Below, piece by piece: positions 41,470 through 57,507 of a stretch of DNA of 64,000 nucleotides. The translations under genes were made by a program, and so were the position numbers. The first letter of the stretch is position 1, and each line of letters begins with the position of its first letter. The stretch covers positions 58,714,001 to 58,778,000 of the forward strand of contig OX597827.1 of assembly GCA_951406725.2 (NCBI GenBank). Direction: 5' to 3'. Source of the stretch: Octopus vulgaris (Eukaryota). Under the pieces are notes generated by a model. That model made no database searches, was not told where the DNA came from, and worked only from the letters and a program-made list of their open reading frames with translations.

Positions 41470-41667
41470 TATACTTGTTTCAGTCATTTGACTGCGGCCA
41501 TGTTGGAGCACCGTCTCTAGTCGAGCAACTCGACCCCCGGACTTATTCTTTGTAAGCCTAGTACTTATTCTATCGGTCTCCTTTGCCGAACCGCTAGGTT
41601 ACGGGGACGTAAACACACCAGCATCGGTTGTCAAGCGATGTTGGGGGAGGGGACAAACACAGACACA

Positions 41668-41714
<47 letters not shown>

Positions 41715-41886
41715 TTACATATATACGACAAGCTTCTTTTCGTTTCCGTCTACCAAATCCACTCACAAGGCTTTGGTCGGCCCGAGGCTATTGTAGAAGA
41801 CACTTGCCCAAGATGCCACGCAATGGGACTGAACCCGGAACCATGTGGTTGATAAGCAAGCTACTTACCACACAGCCACTCCTACG
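41470..41886 (-). mobile_element. SINE family 1, full length
   Basis: Reverse complement of the family consensus. Confidence 0.9.
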
Positions 41887-42452
41887 TTTTAAAAGTACGT
41901 TTTCATTCAAGAGTATGTTTTAAGAATATGTTTTAAATGAATGGTTTCATTCAAAAGACAGTGCTCTTTCATGAGAACGAGTCGACTGGTTTCGAGTGGT
42001 GATTAACGCTTTATGAAGAATTCTAGTCGAATTCAGCTTACGGAAAACGAGAGAGAGAGAGAGAGAATATAGATAGGTGGTGACTTTTATGAAAAATGTT
42101 ACGGATAACGGGGGTCTGTTTTAATTTGTACACGAGCTGGTCTTGGGTTTATTCGCCAATGAGAAAGAGACTCAGAAGGGGAGAATGACAGAGAATAGCA
42201 CAGAGGGAAGAAGAAAGAAAGAAAGAAAGAAAGAAAGAGAGACGGGGGAGCTCCATAGACGAAATACAAGCTATTTTCATAGCAAGGTTCAATGTACGTT
42301 AATACGTTAATTGAATGTACGTATCTAAAGTTCTTTTCAGTATATGCATGCACACAGTCCCGGTAGTTTTGTGATGTGCGTGTGTATCTGTATGTGTATG
42401 TATGTATGTATGTATGTATGTATGTATGTATGTATGTATGTATGTATGTATG

Positions 42453-42717
<265 letters not shown>

Positions 42718-42773
42718 TATACATATATATACACACACACATACGCGCGCGCATTTTTTATACATATTTTCAT

Positions 42774-42816
<43 letters not shown>

Positions 42817-42830
42817 TAGATATATTTATA

Positions 42831-42861
<31 letters not shown>

Positions 42862-42972
42862 GCATATATTTATATTCATACGTATGTATGTATGTATGTA
42901 TGTACAGATAGATAGATAGATAAATAGATAGATAAATAGACAGGCAGACAGACAAACAGACAAACAGATAAC

Positions 42973-43028
<56 letters not shown>

Positions 43029-43124
43029 CAGATATAATATATGGATTCTTTTATTGATTCAGTTAGTCTATATATATTTATATATTAACAAGTTCGTAGG
43101 TATGCGTGTATGTATGTAAGCACG

Positions 43125-43189
<65 letters not shown>

Positions 43190-44180
43190 ACACACACATA
43201 CACAGATATGCATACATCAAGGCGTCTTGACTTTCCGTAACACCTTACGTTTCGCTTTCCATTCCTGCATGTCCCTTCTCTTTACTTCTCATCCTCTCTC
43301 TCTCTTTCTCTTTCTCTCTCTCGCTTTCTCTCACTCTCCCTCTTTCCTTTTTCTTTCTCACACTCTCCCTTGCCTTCTTTTACACACTCTCACTTTCATT
43401 CTTCCATACTCTAGTACTTACACACACACACTCACATACACACTCTCTTTCTCTCTCTCTCTCTTTCACTCACTCTTTCTCTCTCTCTCTCTCTTTCACT
43501 CTCTCTTTCACTCTCTCTCTCTCTCTCACTTACACACACACACACAGACACATACACACACAGACACATACACATACATATACACAAACAATCCAATCTT
43601 ATTCAATTTCTCATAATATTTACTGCCACCTTGTCTCTCCTGTGCCTCTTTCACCCTCCCCTTTCTCTCTTTCACTCTTTCCTTCCTCTTCCTTTTCCTC
43701 CGTTTACATTGGTTTATTTCAATTTCCATATCACATCTGTTGTTGTTGTTGTTGTTGTTGTCCATTTTGGACCCACGCCCAGCCCTCACAACATTCCATT
43801 AGCGATAATATCTGAAGTGTTCTATAAATTATCTTTTATTGCAGATACATTGATGATATGTGCTTCGCGGTTATTGAATGGCCAAGTGTGTGGGAAGGTA
43901 GATAGGTAGGAACATGTTCGAGGAGAAGGCGGTGGCAGTGGTGATGTTATTGTTGTTGGTGGTGGTGGTGGTGATGGTAGGTAGGTATTCGTGGAGAAAG
44001 ACGTGGTAGGCGCGGCAACGGCGGCGGCAGAGGAGGTGGTGGTGGGTGCTAGAACAGAGTATGCTATATATACATGTAGGTTCTGCGTGTGTGCATTTAT
44101 GTGTATATGTATGTGTATGGGAGTGTGCATGGATTTAATTTAGTCAGAATGGCAGGCAGCAGGTAAATACATATATCATG

Positions 44181-44226
<46 letters not shown>

Positions 44227-44265
44227 GTAAATATATACATATGTAAATATATGCATATATATGAG

Positions 44266-44303
<38 letters not shown>

Positions 44304-44709
44304 CACACACACACATATATATACATGCATACACAAACACAAATATACATATATATAAGGATATATGTGTGGAGGGGTGCGCACGCGCGATTTGTGTGCA
44401 TATACATGCGATAAGTACACATATATGAAATATATTTGTAAGACATAAATATATAGGTAATATAAAATATGTAATATAAAATGTGAAATATGAAATATGA
44501 AATATGGAATAAGAAATACGCAATGCAAAATATGAAATGTGAACTGGGAAATGGAATATTAGCAGCTAGAGGACTAAAATTGAAGTTTTGTTTATTTGAC
44601 GGCTTGTTGTAGTTTTCTGTTTAATTGTTACCTTATGAGTGAATTTGGTAGGCGGAAACTGCGTGGACCCCCGTCATATATATATATATATATATATGTA
44701 TATAAAGTG

Positions 44710-45010
44710 AAACTCTACAATAATAAACGAAAGACGAAGACGGGTGTGTAAACAACAAACAGATGTATTAGTTTAACGGTCGGGAATTGAGAAAGTCTTT
44801 TACGTTTCGAGCCTACGCTCTTCAACAGAAAGGAACACAGAAATAAGCAGGGAGAGAAAATAAAAAAAAAAGGTTTAGTGGCTAGCGATCTATTATGGCG
44901 AATGCCGGACAGTGGTGTCACACAGGAGAGCTGGGAAGAAGGGGAGATAAAGTAATGGAGATAAAGTAGCGGTGATCTCAAAGGGAAGGTGCGTGTGCGT
45001 GTGTATGTGA
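44710..45010 (-). mobile_element. Penelope-like repeat fragment with a variant hammerhead at 44797-44832
   Basis: Minus strand: CTTT-CTGTTGA-a GAGC gtag GCTC-GAAA-CG-TA-AAAG; ends at (TA)n; homolog at 63815-64000. Confidence 0.6.
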
Positions 45011-45102
45011 GAGCGTGTATGTGCGTGTTGATGGGGGCTGATGACCTTGACGTATGCGTGTATGCATGTGTAGGTGTGTGGATGATGATTTGGGTGCTGG
45101 GG

Positions 45103-45175
<73 letters not shown>

Positions 45176-45224
45176 GCATAAGTATATACATACATACATA
45201 AATATATATATGTATATATAAATA

Positions 45225-45381
45225 CTAGCAGAAAGACCGCTCTCCGGGCGGTTTTCTGCTAGCCACTTGATAACATTTTCATTGATATTTTCAGTCGCAT
45301 ACTTTTTGGTACGCTCCATGTTGAATTGCAAAATTGTAACGTGATATTTGTGTAATTCTGAAATCAAACAGGGAGTGAGAG

Positions 45382-45468
<87 letters not shown>

Positions 45469-46343
45469 AAGAGAGGTGGGGAGAATGAACATTGTAAACA
45501 ATAAATGAAATAAACATGAAATGAAAATATCGTATAAATAAAATTTCGTCAAAAACTATCTTGTACCGAATATTGAAATTTGTGAACTTGAAATATTTAA
45601 TAATAAAAGGAAGTTCAGAAAGTAAATTTTCCTGAAAACTTCAATTTATAAAAAAAATCCCACTGAACAGTGCACGCAAAAAGTAAATAAAATTTTTTTA
45701 CGGAAATTAACGAAGTGTGCGGGTTCAAGCGAAAGAATGCCTATGTATGTATTTATGTGCCTCGTATCATAAGCCTCAAAGTTATGCAACTCTTTTGTCT
45801 AATAGCATTCATTCAACAAATAATTTTTTACATGAGGTATATAGAATGAGCTTTGGATTTTGCAAATAGCGAATTAAAAATTGAAATGAAGACATTACGT
45901 ATATAGAATAAACTGTGTGTTTTGCAAATAGCGAATTAAAACTTGAAATGAAAACATTAAAATGAATATATATTAAATTGTCATAAATGAAAACAGAGGA
46001 GAGAGAGGGGGAGAGGGGGGAGAGAGGGGGAGACAGAGAGAGAGGGAGGGAGAGAGAAAGAGAGATAGGGAGAATGTCGCAAATGAAAACGGAAAACTTT
46101 CGACTACAACGAATTAATATTGTTTATTACATTAAAATCTATTCCGCAGTGAATGCAACGAATACTTAAATTTGGGAAAAACTTGTCGATCAAATATTTA
46201 ATAAACTTCAGAAATCGAAATTACAGGAAATTTCTTGGAACATGGATTTATAAAAAAATTTCCAAACGGTGAAGCCTTTAATAGTTGCTTTCTTTAGTAA
46301 CTGTTGCATACCTAATTAATAAGCAGCTTTCTCCATTATAATA
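45225..46343 (-). mobile_element. Putative non-autonomous Helitron
   Basis: Minus-strand 3' end: GC hairpin ccgc-ccggaga-gcgg then CTAG followed by T; AT-rich body with internal direct repeats; 5' boundary uncertain. Confidence 0.55.
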
Positions 46344-46390
46344 CATACATACATACATACATACATACATACATACATACATACATACAT

Positions 46391-46428
<38 letters not shown>

Positions 46429-46711
46429 GCACACACACATAAAGCTATAAAAAATTTTATGTCATTACCTAGGCTATAAATGTGATGTATTCCTCTTGGA
46501 TAAATCTAAGTCCTTTCGTTATTGGAGATGAGATCAGACAACGACAACTGCCGTACTGATGACGGTGATTAAGCTTTCTCCTTTACCTTAATTACATATA
46601 TACTTAGGAGAAAATTCTTGAATATTGAGATTATCTTCCCCTTCTTGTGTGGAGCTGGTCTTAATTGCTATTTGGTAATTATGACACATTCTCTCGAGGA
46701 TGTATCATAAT

Positions 46712-47090
46712 TGTGGTAAGTAGCTTGCTTACCAACCACACGGTTCTGGGTTCAGTCCCACTGCGTGGCACCTTGGGCAAGTGTCTTCTACTATAGCCTC
46801 GGGCCGACCAAAGCCTTGTGAGTGGATTTGGTAGATGGAAACTGAAAGAAGCCCGTCGTATATATGTATATGTGTGTGTTTGTGTGTCTGTGTTTGTCGC
46901 CCTAGCATTGCTTGACAACTGATGCTGGTGTGTTTATGTCCCCGTTACTTAGCGGTTCGGCAAAAGAGACCGATAGAATAAAGTACTGGGCTTACAAAAG
47001 AATAAGTCCCGGGGTCGAGTTGCTCGATTAAAGGCGGTGCTCCAGCATGGCCGCAGTCAAATGACTGAAACAAGTAAAAGAGTAAAAGAG
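46712..47090 (+). mobile_element. SINE family 1, slightly 5'-truncated
   Basis: Homology to the family. Confidence 0.9.
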
Positions 47091-47945
47091 TATATATATA
47101 TATATATATATGATTATTATTATTAAAATTTTTGTTTTCTCTCCTGGTGCTGTATGAACTTTTAATGTGGTTTTAGAGTCAAGTTTTGGCTGCTATTTCA
47201 AACGTGGTGGTATCTCTTAGATACCCTAAATCATAATTTCAATAATAATTATTACCTTTGAAGGTTTTTATTCCCATGCTGGCCTCTTGATAAGTTCGAT
47301 ATTTAAATAACGATCTTATCTTTATTTATATAAATTTATATATATATATATTGCTCTACGTTTTAAAACTGATGTAATATTTGCATTGTTCAATTAAATG
47401 GAGTCGCACGAAACGATTGTACTACATTACCTCTGGATCTTTGTTGCTTATTTTGATTGTAATCACCCCATTTTGAATTATATGGATAATACCATACTAA
47501 ATTCTGGTGCCTTTAACTTAAGTACCATATTCAACTTTTTACTGAACTTATCTATATACATATATACACACACATTCATACATATATACATATATACATA
47601 AATACATACATAAATACATACATAAATACACAAACAAACATACACATACACACACACACACACACATAAATGTATTAGAAAGAAAGAATCAACATACAAT
47701 AAATGTAGTGTCACTTTAAAGCATGGAACTTACAATTCAAACAAGTTTTTCGTTTTCTTTGTTTCTTTGGTGAGGTAGTTATGTTTTTTTTTTCATTCCC
47801 CGATAAATTGAGCTTTTATTCTTTTAATTTCTTTTCTTTCTTTTTCTCCTGTTAAAATATATTGATTATAAATTAGCCTCTAGTATATAAAACATGACCA
47901 GAGAAATCAACTAACCAACCAGTATTTCTATTAGCTATTCTTATA

Positions 47946-48123
<178 letters not shown>

Positions 48124-48446
48124 CCATATCATTCTCTTAAATAGTTTTTTTCTCTCAAAGAGAAATCTCGAAATACAAATTAATATTTTCTGTCTCAAAT
48201 TAAGCAAACAGATGTGCTAATTAAAACACTTTTTACTAATGAAAAGAAAATTGTAATTGTTAGAATGGAGTTGTTGGAGTAAAAGGTATAATATAAATGA
48301 TGTTTTTGCTGCAGTTCAAGTCGGAGTTTTAGCGGTAAACCAACCTGAGCACTTATTGAATATACCGATTAAATTGCGTCATTAAACGCAGTTTTAACTG
48401 TATTTCACATATAAATGTAGTATATTTATATGCTCAAATTCATATA

Positions 48447-48667
48447 TTCTCTTTTACTCTTTTACTTGTTTCAGTCATTTGACTGTGGCCATGCTGGAGC
48501 ACCGCCTTTAATCGAGCAACTCGACCCCGGGACTTATTCTTTTGTAAGCCCAGTGCTTATTCTATCGGTCTCTTTTGCCGAACCGCTAAGTAACGGGGAC
48601 ATAAACACACCAGCATCAGTTGTCAAGCAATGTTAGGGGAACAAACACAGACACACAAACACACACA

Positions 48668-48705
<38 letters not shown>

Positions 48706-48754
48706 CCTTGTGAGTGGATTTTAGTAGACGGAAACTGAAAAGAAGCCCGTCGTA

Positions 48755-48808
<54 letters not shown>

Positions 48809-48898
48809 TACGACGGGCTTCTTTTCAGTTTATATATATATATATATATACACATATATACGACGGGCTTCTTTTCAGTTTCCGTCTACTAAAATCCA

Positions 48899-48950
<52 letters not shown>

Positions 48951-49110
48951 TACGACGGGCTTCTTTTCAGTTTCCGTCTACTAAAATCCACTCACAAGGC
49001 TTTGGTCGGCTCGAGGCTATAGTAGAAGACACTTGCCCAAGATGCCACGCAGTGGGACTGAACCCGGAACCATGTGGTTGGTAAACAAGCTATTTACCAC
49101 ACAGCCACTT
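48447..49110 (-). mobile_element. SINE family 1 copy with internal inverted and tandem duplications
   Basis: The segment next to the internal microsatellite occurs four times, once inverted (48703-48762). Confidence 0.85.
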
Positions 49111-49176
49111 AATTTATCGATTATGTTTGCCGAACTGCAACCTTACAGGGAATTTGGGGGGGGGTGACAAACGCAC

Positions 49177-49232
<56 letters not shown>

Positions 49233-49389
49233 ATACACTTAATACATATATATATAATTGTTTGCAGGATCCAATAGAATGGAAGTATTTTGATAATAAG
49301 GATACTCAACCGGCACCAAAATGAGACAAAATACATTTTATACTTGTGGGAAAAATCCTAAATGTAAAACTTTGGAATCAAATTTTAAT

Positions 49390-49473
49390 TCACCTGAAGA
49401 GAACGTTTTTTATTTCTTTTATGATGTAAGTAATTTCTTCATTAAAAAAACCCATCTGTAACAGTTGTAGCGA
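49390..49473 (+). ncRNA. Degenerate hammerhead motif
   Basis: TCAC-CTGAAGA-...-GTAA-CAGTTG-TA-GCGA; GAAA and stem I each carry one change. Confidence 0.4.
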
Positions 49474-49506
49474 GCCTCATACCCATTTGTGTTATCTATC
49501 TATCTG

Positions 49507-49630
<124 letters not shown>

Positions 49631-49899
49631 AATTTGCAAACGAATCTGGTAAGCTTTTCTTCCCACAGATAAACCTTATCTGCTTCCCCCTTTACACTTT
49701 ACATCATGATACTGTGATACACGATCCCGATTGATCGTTTTTTTTTCTTTTGTTCCTTTTCTTTTTCTTCTTCTTTCCCTTTAACGATCCCTTTTGATCG
49801 AAAACCTACCCAACCTTTTTTTTCTTTCCCCCAAAAAGAAAAGCTCTACTTGGTAATCTGTGAAGCCCTGTGTGGCTAATAAAGAAACATATCTATCTT

Positions 49900-50004
<105 letters not shown>

Positions 50005-50019
50005 TTAACTATCTATCTA

Positions 50020-50143
<124 letters not shown>

Positions 50144-50759
50144 CATATACATACATACATACATGCATACACACCTACAAACAAATATTCATACATACAT
50201 ACATACACACTTACCTACATACATACATACAGACACATAAATCTACATGCATATATATGTGCATACATACATGCATGCATACATACATACATACACACAT
50301 ACATACATACATATATGCATACATGCATACATACATACAGACAGACAGGCAGGCAGACAGACATAGTCATAACCCCAGGCAATTATTAGAAGTATATAAA
50401 ATATCTCACTTGTAAAAAGATCAAACCCAGCAGCAATAGACGTAAGTTCAGTCCCTGTAGTATATCTTGCCCCTTATTCTTCTGTGACTTCAAAAAAAAA
50501 CAATCCACTGATCGTATCGACCACTGCAGATATGGGTAAATTGCAGCCCTTAAATGGGACTTTGTAATCGATACTGTCTCTCGACGCGACGGCGACGACG
50601 ACCACCATCATCCTCATCATCATCAGCACCAACAGGACATCACCTCCACCACAATCATCATCATCATCATCGTCGTCGTCGTCATCATCATCATCACCCC
50701 AGCACCGCGCCACCATCACTACGACCACTACTACCAAACCCGTTTTTAACATATATATA

Positions 50760-50962
50760 TCTTTATATATAAAAGTGAAGTTGTGTGTCTGTCTCCTACG
50801 ATTTAGATTCCTAACTACTCCCACATTTTGCGGTGCTGTGTAACCAAAAGCGGGTATCTTATAGTCGTTACTAATATCGAGCCCTTCTGGGTATTAGCGC
50901 GCGTCTACGATGAGTCTACGATTTAAAAAAAAATTTACCATAAATTTTTCCCATTTTTAATG
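50760..50962 (+). mobile_element. Helitron-like 5' end fragment
   Basis: a|TCtttatatataaaagtgaagttgtgtgtctgtc resembles non-autonomous Helitron 5' termini. Confidence 0.4.
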
Positions 50963-51494
50963 CATGTATGTATGTTTGTATGTATGTATGTTTGTATGTA
51001 TGTATGTTTGTATGTATGTATGTTTGTATGTATGTATGTATGTATGTACGTATGTATGAATGTATGTATGCACGTATGTATGTTTGTATGTATGTATGTA
51101 TGTATGCGTGTATGTATGTATGTATGTATGTATGTATGTATGTATGTATGTATGTATATATGTATGTACGTATGTATGTATCTATATGTATTGATTGATG
51201 TATATACATATATATGCACAAGCCCAAGTCACCATGATCTGTACAATAAATGTGATTCTATTCAGGTGTTGTTTTCAAGCTTGCTATAAAATGGTAACTT
51301 TAACACACAAACACGCACCCATACGCGCATGCGTGTGTATAACACTCTCGACTAGACTACAAGCTGCTGTTATACACCGATGGTTACAATGCGCTTTCTT
51401 ACACAGTACAGAAATGTATGTATATATGCATTTAAAATGTTAGTGAACTGGAACAACCATCTCACTTTGTGTCGTCCTGATGCTTTTTTTTTTT

Positions 51495-52473
51495 TACTTT
51501 TACTTGTTTCAGTCATTTGACTGCTGCCATGCTGGGGCACCGCCTTTAGTCGAGCAAATCGACCCCGGGACTTAGTCTTTGAAAGCCTAGTACTTATTCT
51601 ATCGGTCTCTTTTGCCGAACGTAAACGCACCACCATCGATTGTCAAGCGATGTTGTGGGGACAAACACAGATACACAAACATATACACACACATACATAT
51701 ATATACATATATACGACGGGCTTCTTTCAGTTTCCGTCTACCAAATCCATTCACAAGGCTTTGGTCGGTCCGAGGCTATAGTAGAAGACACTTGCCCAAG
51801 ATGCCACGCAGTGGGACTGAACTCGGAACCATGTGGTTCGTAAGCAAGCTACTTACCACACAGCCACTCCTACGCTAAATTTTCTTGAGAACATTCCTTT
51901 CTTTGTTGTAAGACCATAAAGGATTGACTTCTAGCATAATGGATGTCCACTTAGTGGTCATCCCACTTATATGTATGTAGATATTTGTATGAATAGATCC
52001 AACATACACAGAGTACAAATGGCGAAGAAAGGCGTCTAGTCCCACTGCGTCCCACTGCGTGGCACCTTGGGAAAGTGTCTTCTACTATAGCCTCGGACCG
52101 ACCAAAGCCTTGTGAGTGGATTTGGTAGACAGAAACTGAAAGAAGCCCGTTGGTAGATGTAGTTCATCACAATATTCGGCCGTAATGGAAGCAATCAACA
52201 TTGTATAAATCGAGCCTCCGTTATCAGGGCAGAGAAGCTTTTACGCATGTACACTCTTAACTCTTTTACTTGTTTCAGTCACTTGACTGTGGCCTGCTGG
52301 AGCACCGCCTTTAGTCGAGCAAATCGAACCCAGGGTTTATTCTTTGTAGCCTAGTACTTATTCTATCGGTCTCTTTTGCCGAACCGCTAAGTTACAGGGA
52401 CGTAAACACACCAGCATCGGTTGTCAAGCGATGTTGTGGGGACAAACGTAGACACAGAAACATATACACACAC

Positions 52474-52543
<70 letters not shown>

Positions 52544-52700
52544 GCATATATACGACGAGCTTCTTTCAGTTTCTGTCTATCAAATCCACTCACAAGGCTT
52601 TGGTAGAAGACACTTGCCCAAGGTGCCACGCAGTGGGATTGAACCCGGATCCATGTGGTTGGTAAGCAAGCTACTTACCACACAGAACTCCTGCGCCTAA
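51495..52700 (-). mobile_element. Two SINE family 1 copies (51495-51875, 52260-52700) plus a plus-strand fragment (52040-52150)
   Basis: Homology to the family. Confidence 0.88.
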
Positions 52701-52947
52701 AATATATACATATTTTGTATTTCATATATCTAATTTGCTTATCCGCATAATTACCTCTAACCGAAACTGACCGGTCAGTCTAGGGAATTCTCGGTTCTGT
52801 GTCCGAGGCGATTGCAGCCCCTATCAGAGCATATGCTATATGCTTTATAACAGCATGAGCATTTTAGCTCTTATTTCTATAAATGTAGGTGTCTTGACAC
52901 CCATAGTCACGTTTAGTTGATGACTATAATTCTACATATACATACAC

Positions 52948-53035
<88 letters not shown>

Positions 53036-53370
53036 AGGCGCATGGCTCAGTGGTTAGAGCGTCGATCTTACAACCGTGAGGCTGTGAGTTCGAATCCCGG
53101 ACCGGGTTGCGTGTTGTGTTCTTGAGCAAGACACTTCATTTCACGTTGCTCCAGTTCACTCAGCTGTAGAAATGAGTTGCGACGTAACTGATGCCAAGCT
53201 GTATCGGCTGCTGCCTTTCCCTTGGATGAGATTGGTGGTGTGAAGAGGGGAGGCTGGTATTCATGGGCGACTGCTGGTCTTCCATAAACAACCTGGCCCG
53301 GACTTGTGCCCAGGAGGGTAACTTTCTAGGTGCAATCCCATGGTCTGTGTCGTGACCGAAGGGGGTCTCT
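53036..53370 (+). mobile_element. tRNA-derived SINE (family 3)
   Basis: A box tggctcagtgg, B box gagttcgaatcc, body cttgagcaagacacttcatttcacgttgctccagttcactcagctg. Confidence 0.85.
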
Positions 53371-53765
53371 GTGTGAGTGTGTATGTGTGTGTGCGTGCGT
53401 GCGTGTGTGTTTGTTTATGTGTGTGTGTGTGTGTGTGTGTACACGGGGATAGGAAGGCCTTCTTTTTTCTGTCGAGGGCTTATATACCCCTTTATTAGAC
53501 TATTTTCCTTAGTCCTTGCACGGTGATCGCTATAAGATTAAAGCTTATATATACCAAGGATAAGATCAATATTTAAATACCGATCATATCAGGTGGCTAG
53601 CATGGGAATAAAGACGTTTCAAAGGTAATAATTATTTAAAATTATAATTTAGGGTATCTGGAAATAGCAGTCAAAGCTTGATTCTAAAACCACATTAAAT
53701 GTTCATACTGTCAAGTTTTGACTGCTTTTTCCAGCGTGGTGGTATCTCTTAGATACCCTAAATTA

Positions 53766-53811
<46 letters not shown>

Positions 53812-53813
<2 letters not shown>

Positions 53814-54134
53814 CATATCAAAGGGAAATGGATATTAATTAAAATTTCCATTTCCAGTGGCCTAACGTGTAAAAATTTAGTCCAAAGACTATGTATTGGT
53901 CATAAAATACAGTGTACATTTAAACAAATGAGGAATCCACTTGTGGGATTCAACACGCTAGAAAGAACAGCTAGGTTTCATAACCGCAAAATTAGTTATA
54001 AAATTCGACAGGAAATTCATTTCGTTCCTGTCGAATTTTATCCCTAATTTTGTGGTTATGGAACCTAGCTGTTCTTTCTAGCGTGTTGAATCCCACAAGT
54101 GGATTCCTAATGTGTTTAAATGTACACTGTATTT
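53812..54134. mobile_element. TA-flanked fold-back element
   Basis: 53905-54014 is an imperfect reverse complement of 54025-54134. Confidence 0.8.
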
Positions 54135-54210
54135 ATATATATATATATGTAGGTCCCGGGTTGAGTCGGGGTTAACCACAGTAAATAAGGTACTCAATAC
54201 ATAGCAGAGT

Positions 54211-54257
<47 letters not shown>

Positions 54258-54258
<1 letters not shown>

Positions 54259-54416
54259 CGCAGGAGTGGTTGTGTGGTAAGTAGCTTGCTAACCAACCAT
54301 GGTTCCAGGTTCAGTCCCACTGCGTGGCATCTTAGGCAAGTGTCTTCTGCTATAGCCCCGGGCCGACCAATGCCTTGTGAGTGGATTTGGTATACGGAAA
54401 CTGAAAGAAGCCTGTC

Positions 54417-54467
<51 letters not shown>

Positions 54468-54658
54468 TGTGTGTATATGTTTGTGTGTCTGTGTTTTTAC
54501 CCCTAGCATTGCTTGACAACCGATGCTGGTGTGTTTATTTACGTCCCCGTCACTTAGCGGTTCGGCAAAAGAGACCGACAGAATAAGTACTGGGCTTACA
54601 AAGAATAAGGCGGTGCTCCAGCATGGCCGCAGTCAAATGACTGAAACAAGTAAAAGAG
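54258..54658 (+). mobile_element. SINE family 1
   Basis: Homology to the family; further partial copies at 56820-56985, 57788-58230, 61340-61503 and 63317-63420. Confidence 0.88.
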
Positions 54659-55199
54659 AATATATATATATACACCCCACACACACACACACATACATAC
54701 ACATACACACACACATACACACACGCACTCACACAATCGCACACCCATACACATTCTAAACACATATTTTGACTTGTTAATTATATTCTTTCACTTCATA
54801 TATTACTCGTAACACTTGCTGCGCTTCACTTCTTTCGCTTATCATATTCCTAATTTACATATCATTGCTCCTCCCCATACTGCTTTGTTTACCCTGCATC
54901 TTTTCCTCTTCTTCATACCTACTTTCCGCTTCTACTCCGGCTGTACCTCTTACTTCTCCTTCGTCTAGCCACACCCTCTCCTTCTATCCCCGCCCTCTCA
55001 CTAGTCCTTTCGCACGATCTCATTTTTACTCTCTCTCTCTCTTATTATCATCATTATCATCGTCGTCGTCGTCGTCGTCGCCGCCGCCGTCATCGTTTTA
55101 AACTTTCACCTTTTCAGTAAACAAATCTAACGAAATCGATAAAAGTTAAGTGCCAAATATGTATGGCGGATCTCATGCTTTGTATAAGCATCCGTAAAT

Positions 55200-55733
55200 A
55201 TATACATACATACATACATACATACATACATACATACATACGTACGTACGTACATACATATATACATATATACATGCTTGCATACATACATACATATATA
55301 CATACATACATGCATGCATACATACATACGTACATACGTACATACATACATAAATACATACATACATACATACATACATACATACATACATACATACATA
55401 CATACATACATACATACATACATACATACATACATACATACATACATACATACATACATACATACATACATACGTACGTATGTATGTATGCATGTATGTA
55501 TGCCTATATGTATGCATGCATGTATGTATGTATGCATGTATGTATGTATATATGTATGTATGTATGTGTGTATGTATGTATATATGTATGTATGTATGTA
55601 TGTATTATGTATGTATGTATATATGTATGCATGTATGTATGTATGTATGTATGTATGTATGTATGTATGTATGCATGTATGTATGTATGTATGTATGTAT
55701 GTATGTATGTATGTATGTATGTATGTATGTATG

Positions 55734-55767
<34 letters not shown>

Positions 55768-55878
55768 TGTATGTATGCATGTATGTATGTATGTATGTAT
55801 GCATGCATGCATGCATGCATGCATGTATGTCTGTATGTATGTATATATGTATGTATGTATGCATGTATGTATGTGTAT
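55200..55878. repeat. (CATA)n switching to (TATG)n at ~55471-55480
   Basis: Polarity switch at tacgtacgta. Confidence 0.92.
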
Positions 55879-56132
55879 ATGGGTGTGTTGGCATGTTGGC
55901 ATAGATCGAAGGTTGGTGTGTGTGTGTGTATATATATATGCCAAAATGTAAAATTGACCCAAATCAAAATATACGGTATATATATGGTATATTTTCATAT
56001 GGCTCAATTTTACATTTTGGCATTTTGCTGAGATTTTTCTTGAGAACACACTCATCGTGGTAATGGCGATTTGGCGTCTATGTTTAGCATATTAGGTGTC
56101 CACTTTAGTGGTCATTCCTCTTAATTTTGTAT

Positions 56133-56200
<68 letters not shown>

Positions 56201-56578
56201 GTAAGTAGGTAGGTAGATAGATGGATGGATGGATGGATGGATGGATAGATAGATATTCATATACACATGTATATATACATAAAGCTATACGTATTGTGCT
56301 GTAAACGTGAAAAATAGAACCCAAAATATGAGCATATGTACATTCATATCAATTTGCCGAGCTTGGCAGAATCATTAGTAGACCGAGCAATATCCCTAGC
56401 GGTATATGTTCGGGAGTTCAAATTCCGCCGAGGTCAACAATGCCTTTCATCTGTTTGGGAACGATAAAATTAATACCTGTGCTAGTGTCGATGTAATCGA
56501 TTTAACCACTGCCCTGAAATAGCCGACATTGTGCCAAACATATGCACACACATATATATACATACATACATACATACA

Positions 56579-56630
<52 letters not shown>

Positions 56631-56661
56631 AATATAAATATAGATATAGATATAGATATAG

Positions 56662-56787
<126 letters not shown>

Positions 56788-57072
56788 ATATGTATGTATG
56801 TATATGTATGTGTGTGGTATATGTTTGTGTGTCTGAGTTTGTCCCCCTAGCATTGCTTGACATCCGATGGTGATGTGTTTATGTCCCTGTCACTTAGCTG
56901 TTCGGCAAAAGAGACCTTGGGTAGGTGTTTTATACTATAGCCTCGGGTCGACCAAAGCCTTGTGAGTGGATTTGGTAGACGGAAAATGTGGTTTTAGAGT
57001 CAAGATTTGGCTGCTATTTCCAGCGTGGTGGTATCTCTTAGATCCTAAATTATAATTTTATATATATATATA

Positions 57073-57165
<93 letters not shown>

Positions 57166-57457
57166 TAAAATTATAATTTAGGGTAGCTGAGAGATACCAC
57201 CACGCCGGAAATAGCAGCCAAAACTTGACTCTAAAACCACATTAAATGTTCATACAGTGGTGTGCTGTATGAACATTTAATGTGGTTTTAAAGTCAAGTT
57301 TTGGCTGCTATTTCCTGCGTAGTGGTATCTCTCAGATACCCTAAATTATAATTTTAAAAATAATTATTTTCTTTGAAGGTTTTTATTCCCATGCTGACCA
57401 CCTGATAGGATCAGTAGTTAAATAACGATCTTATACCTTATTTATATAAATTTATGC

Positions 57458-57507
<50 letters not shown>

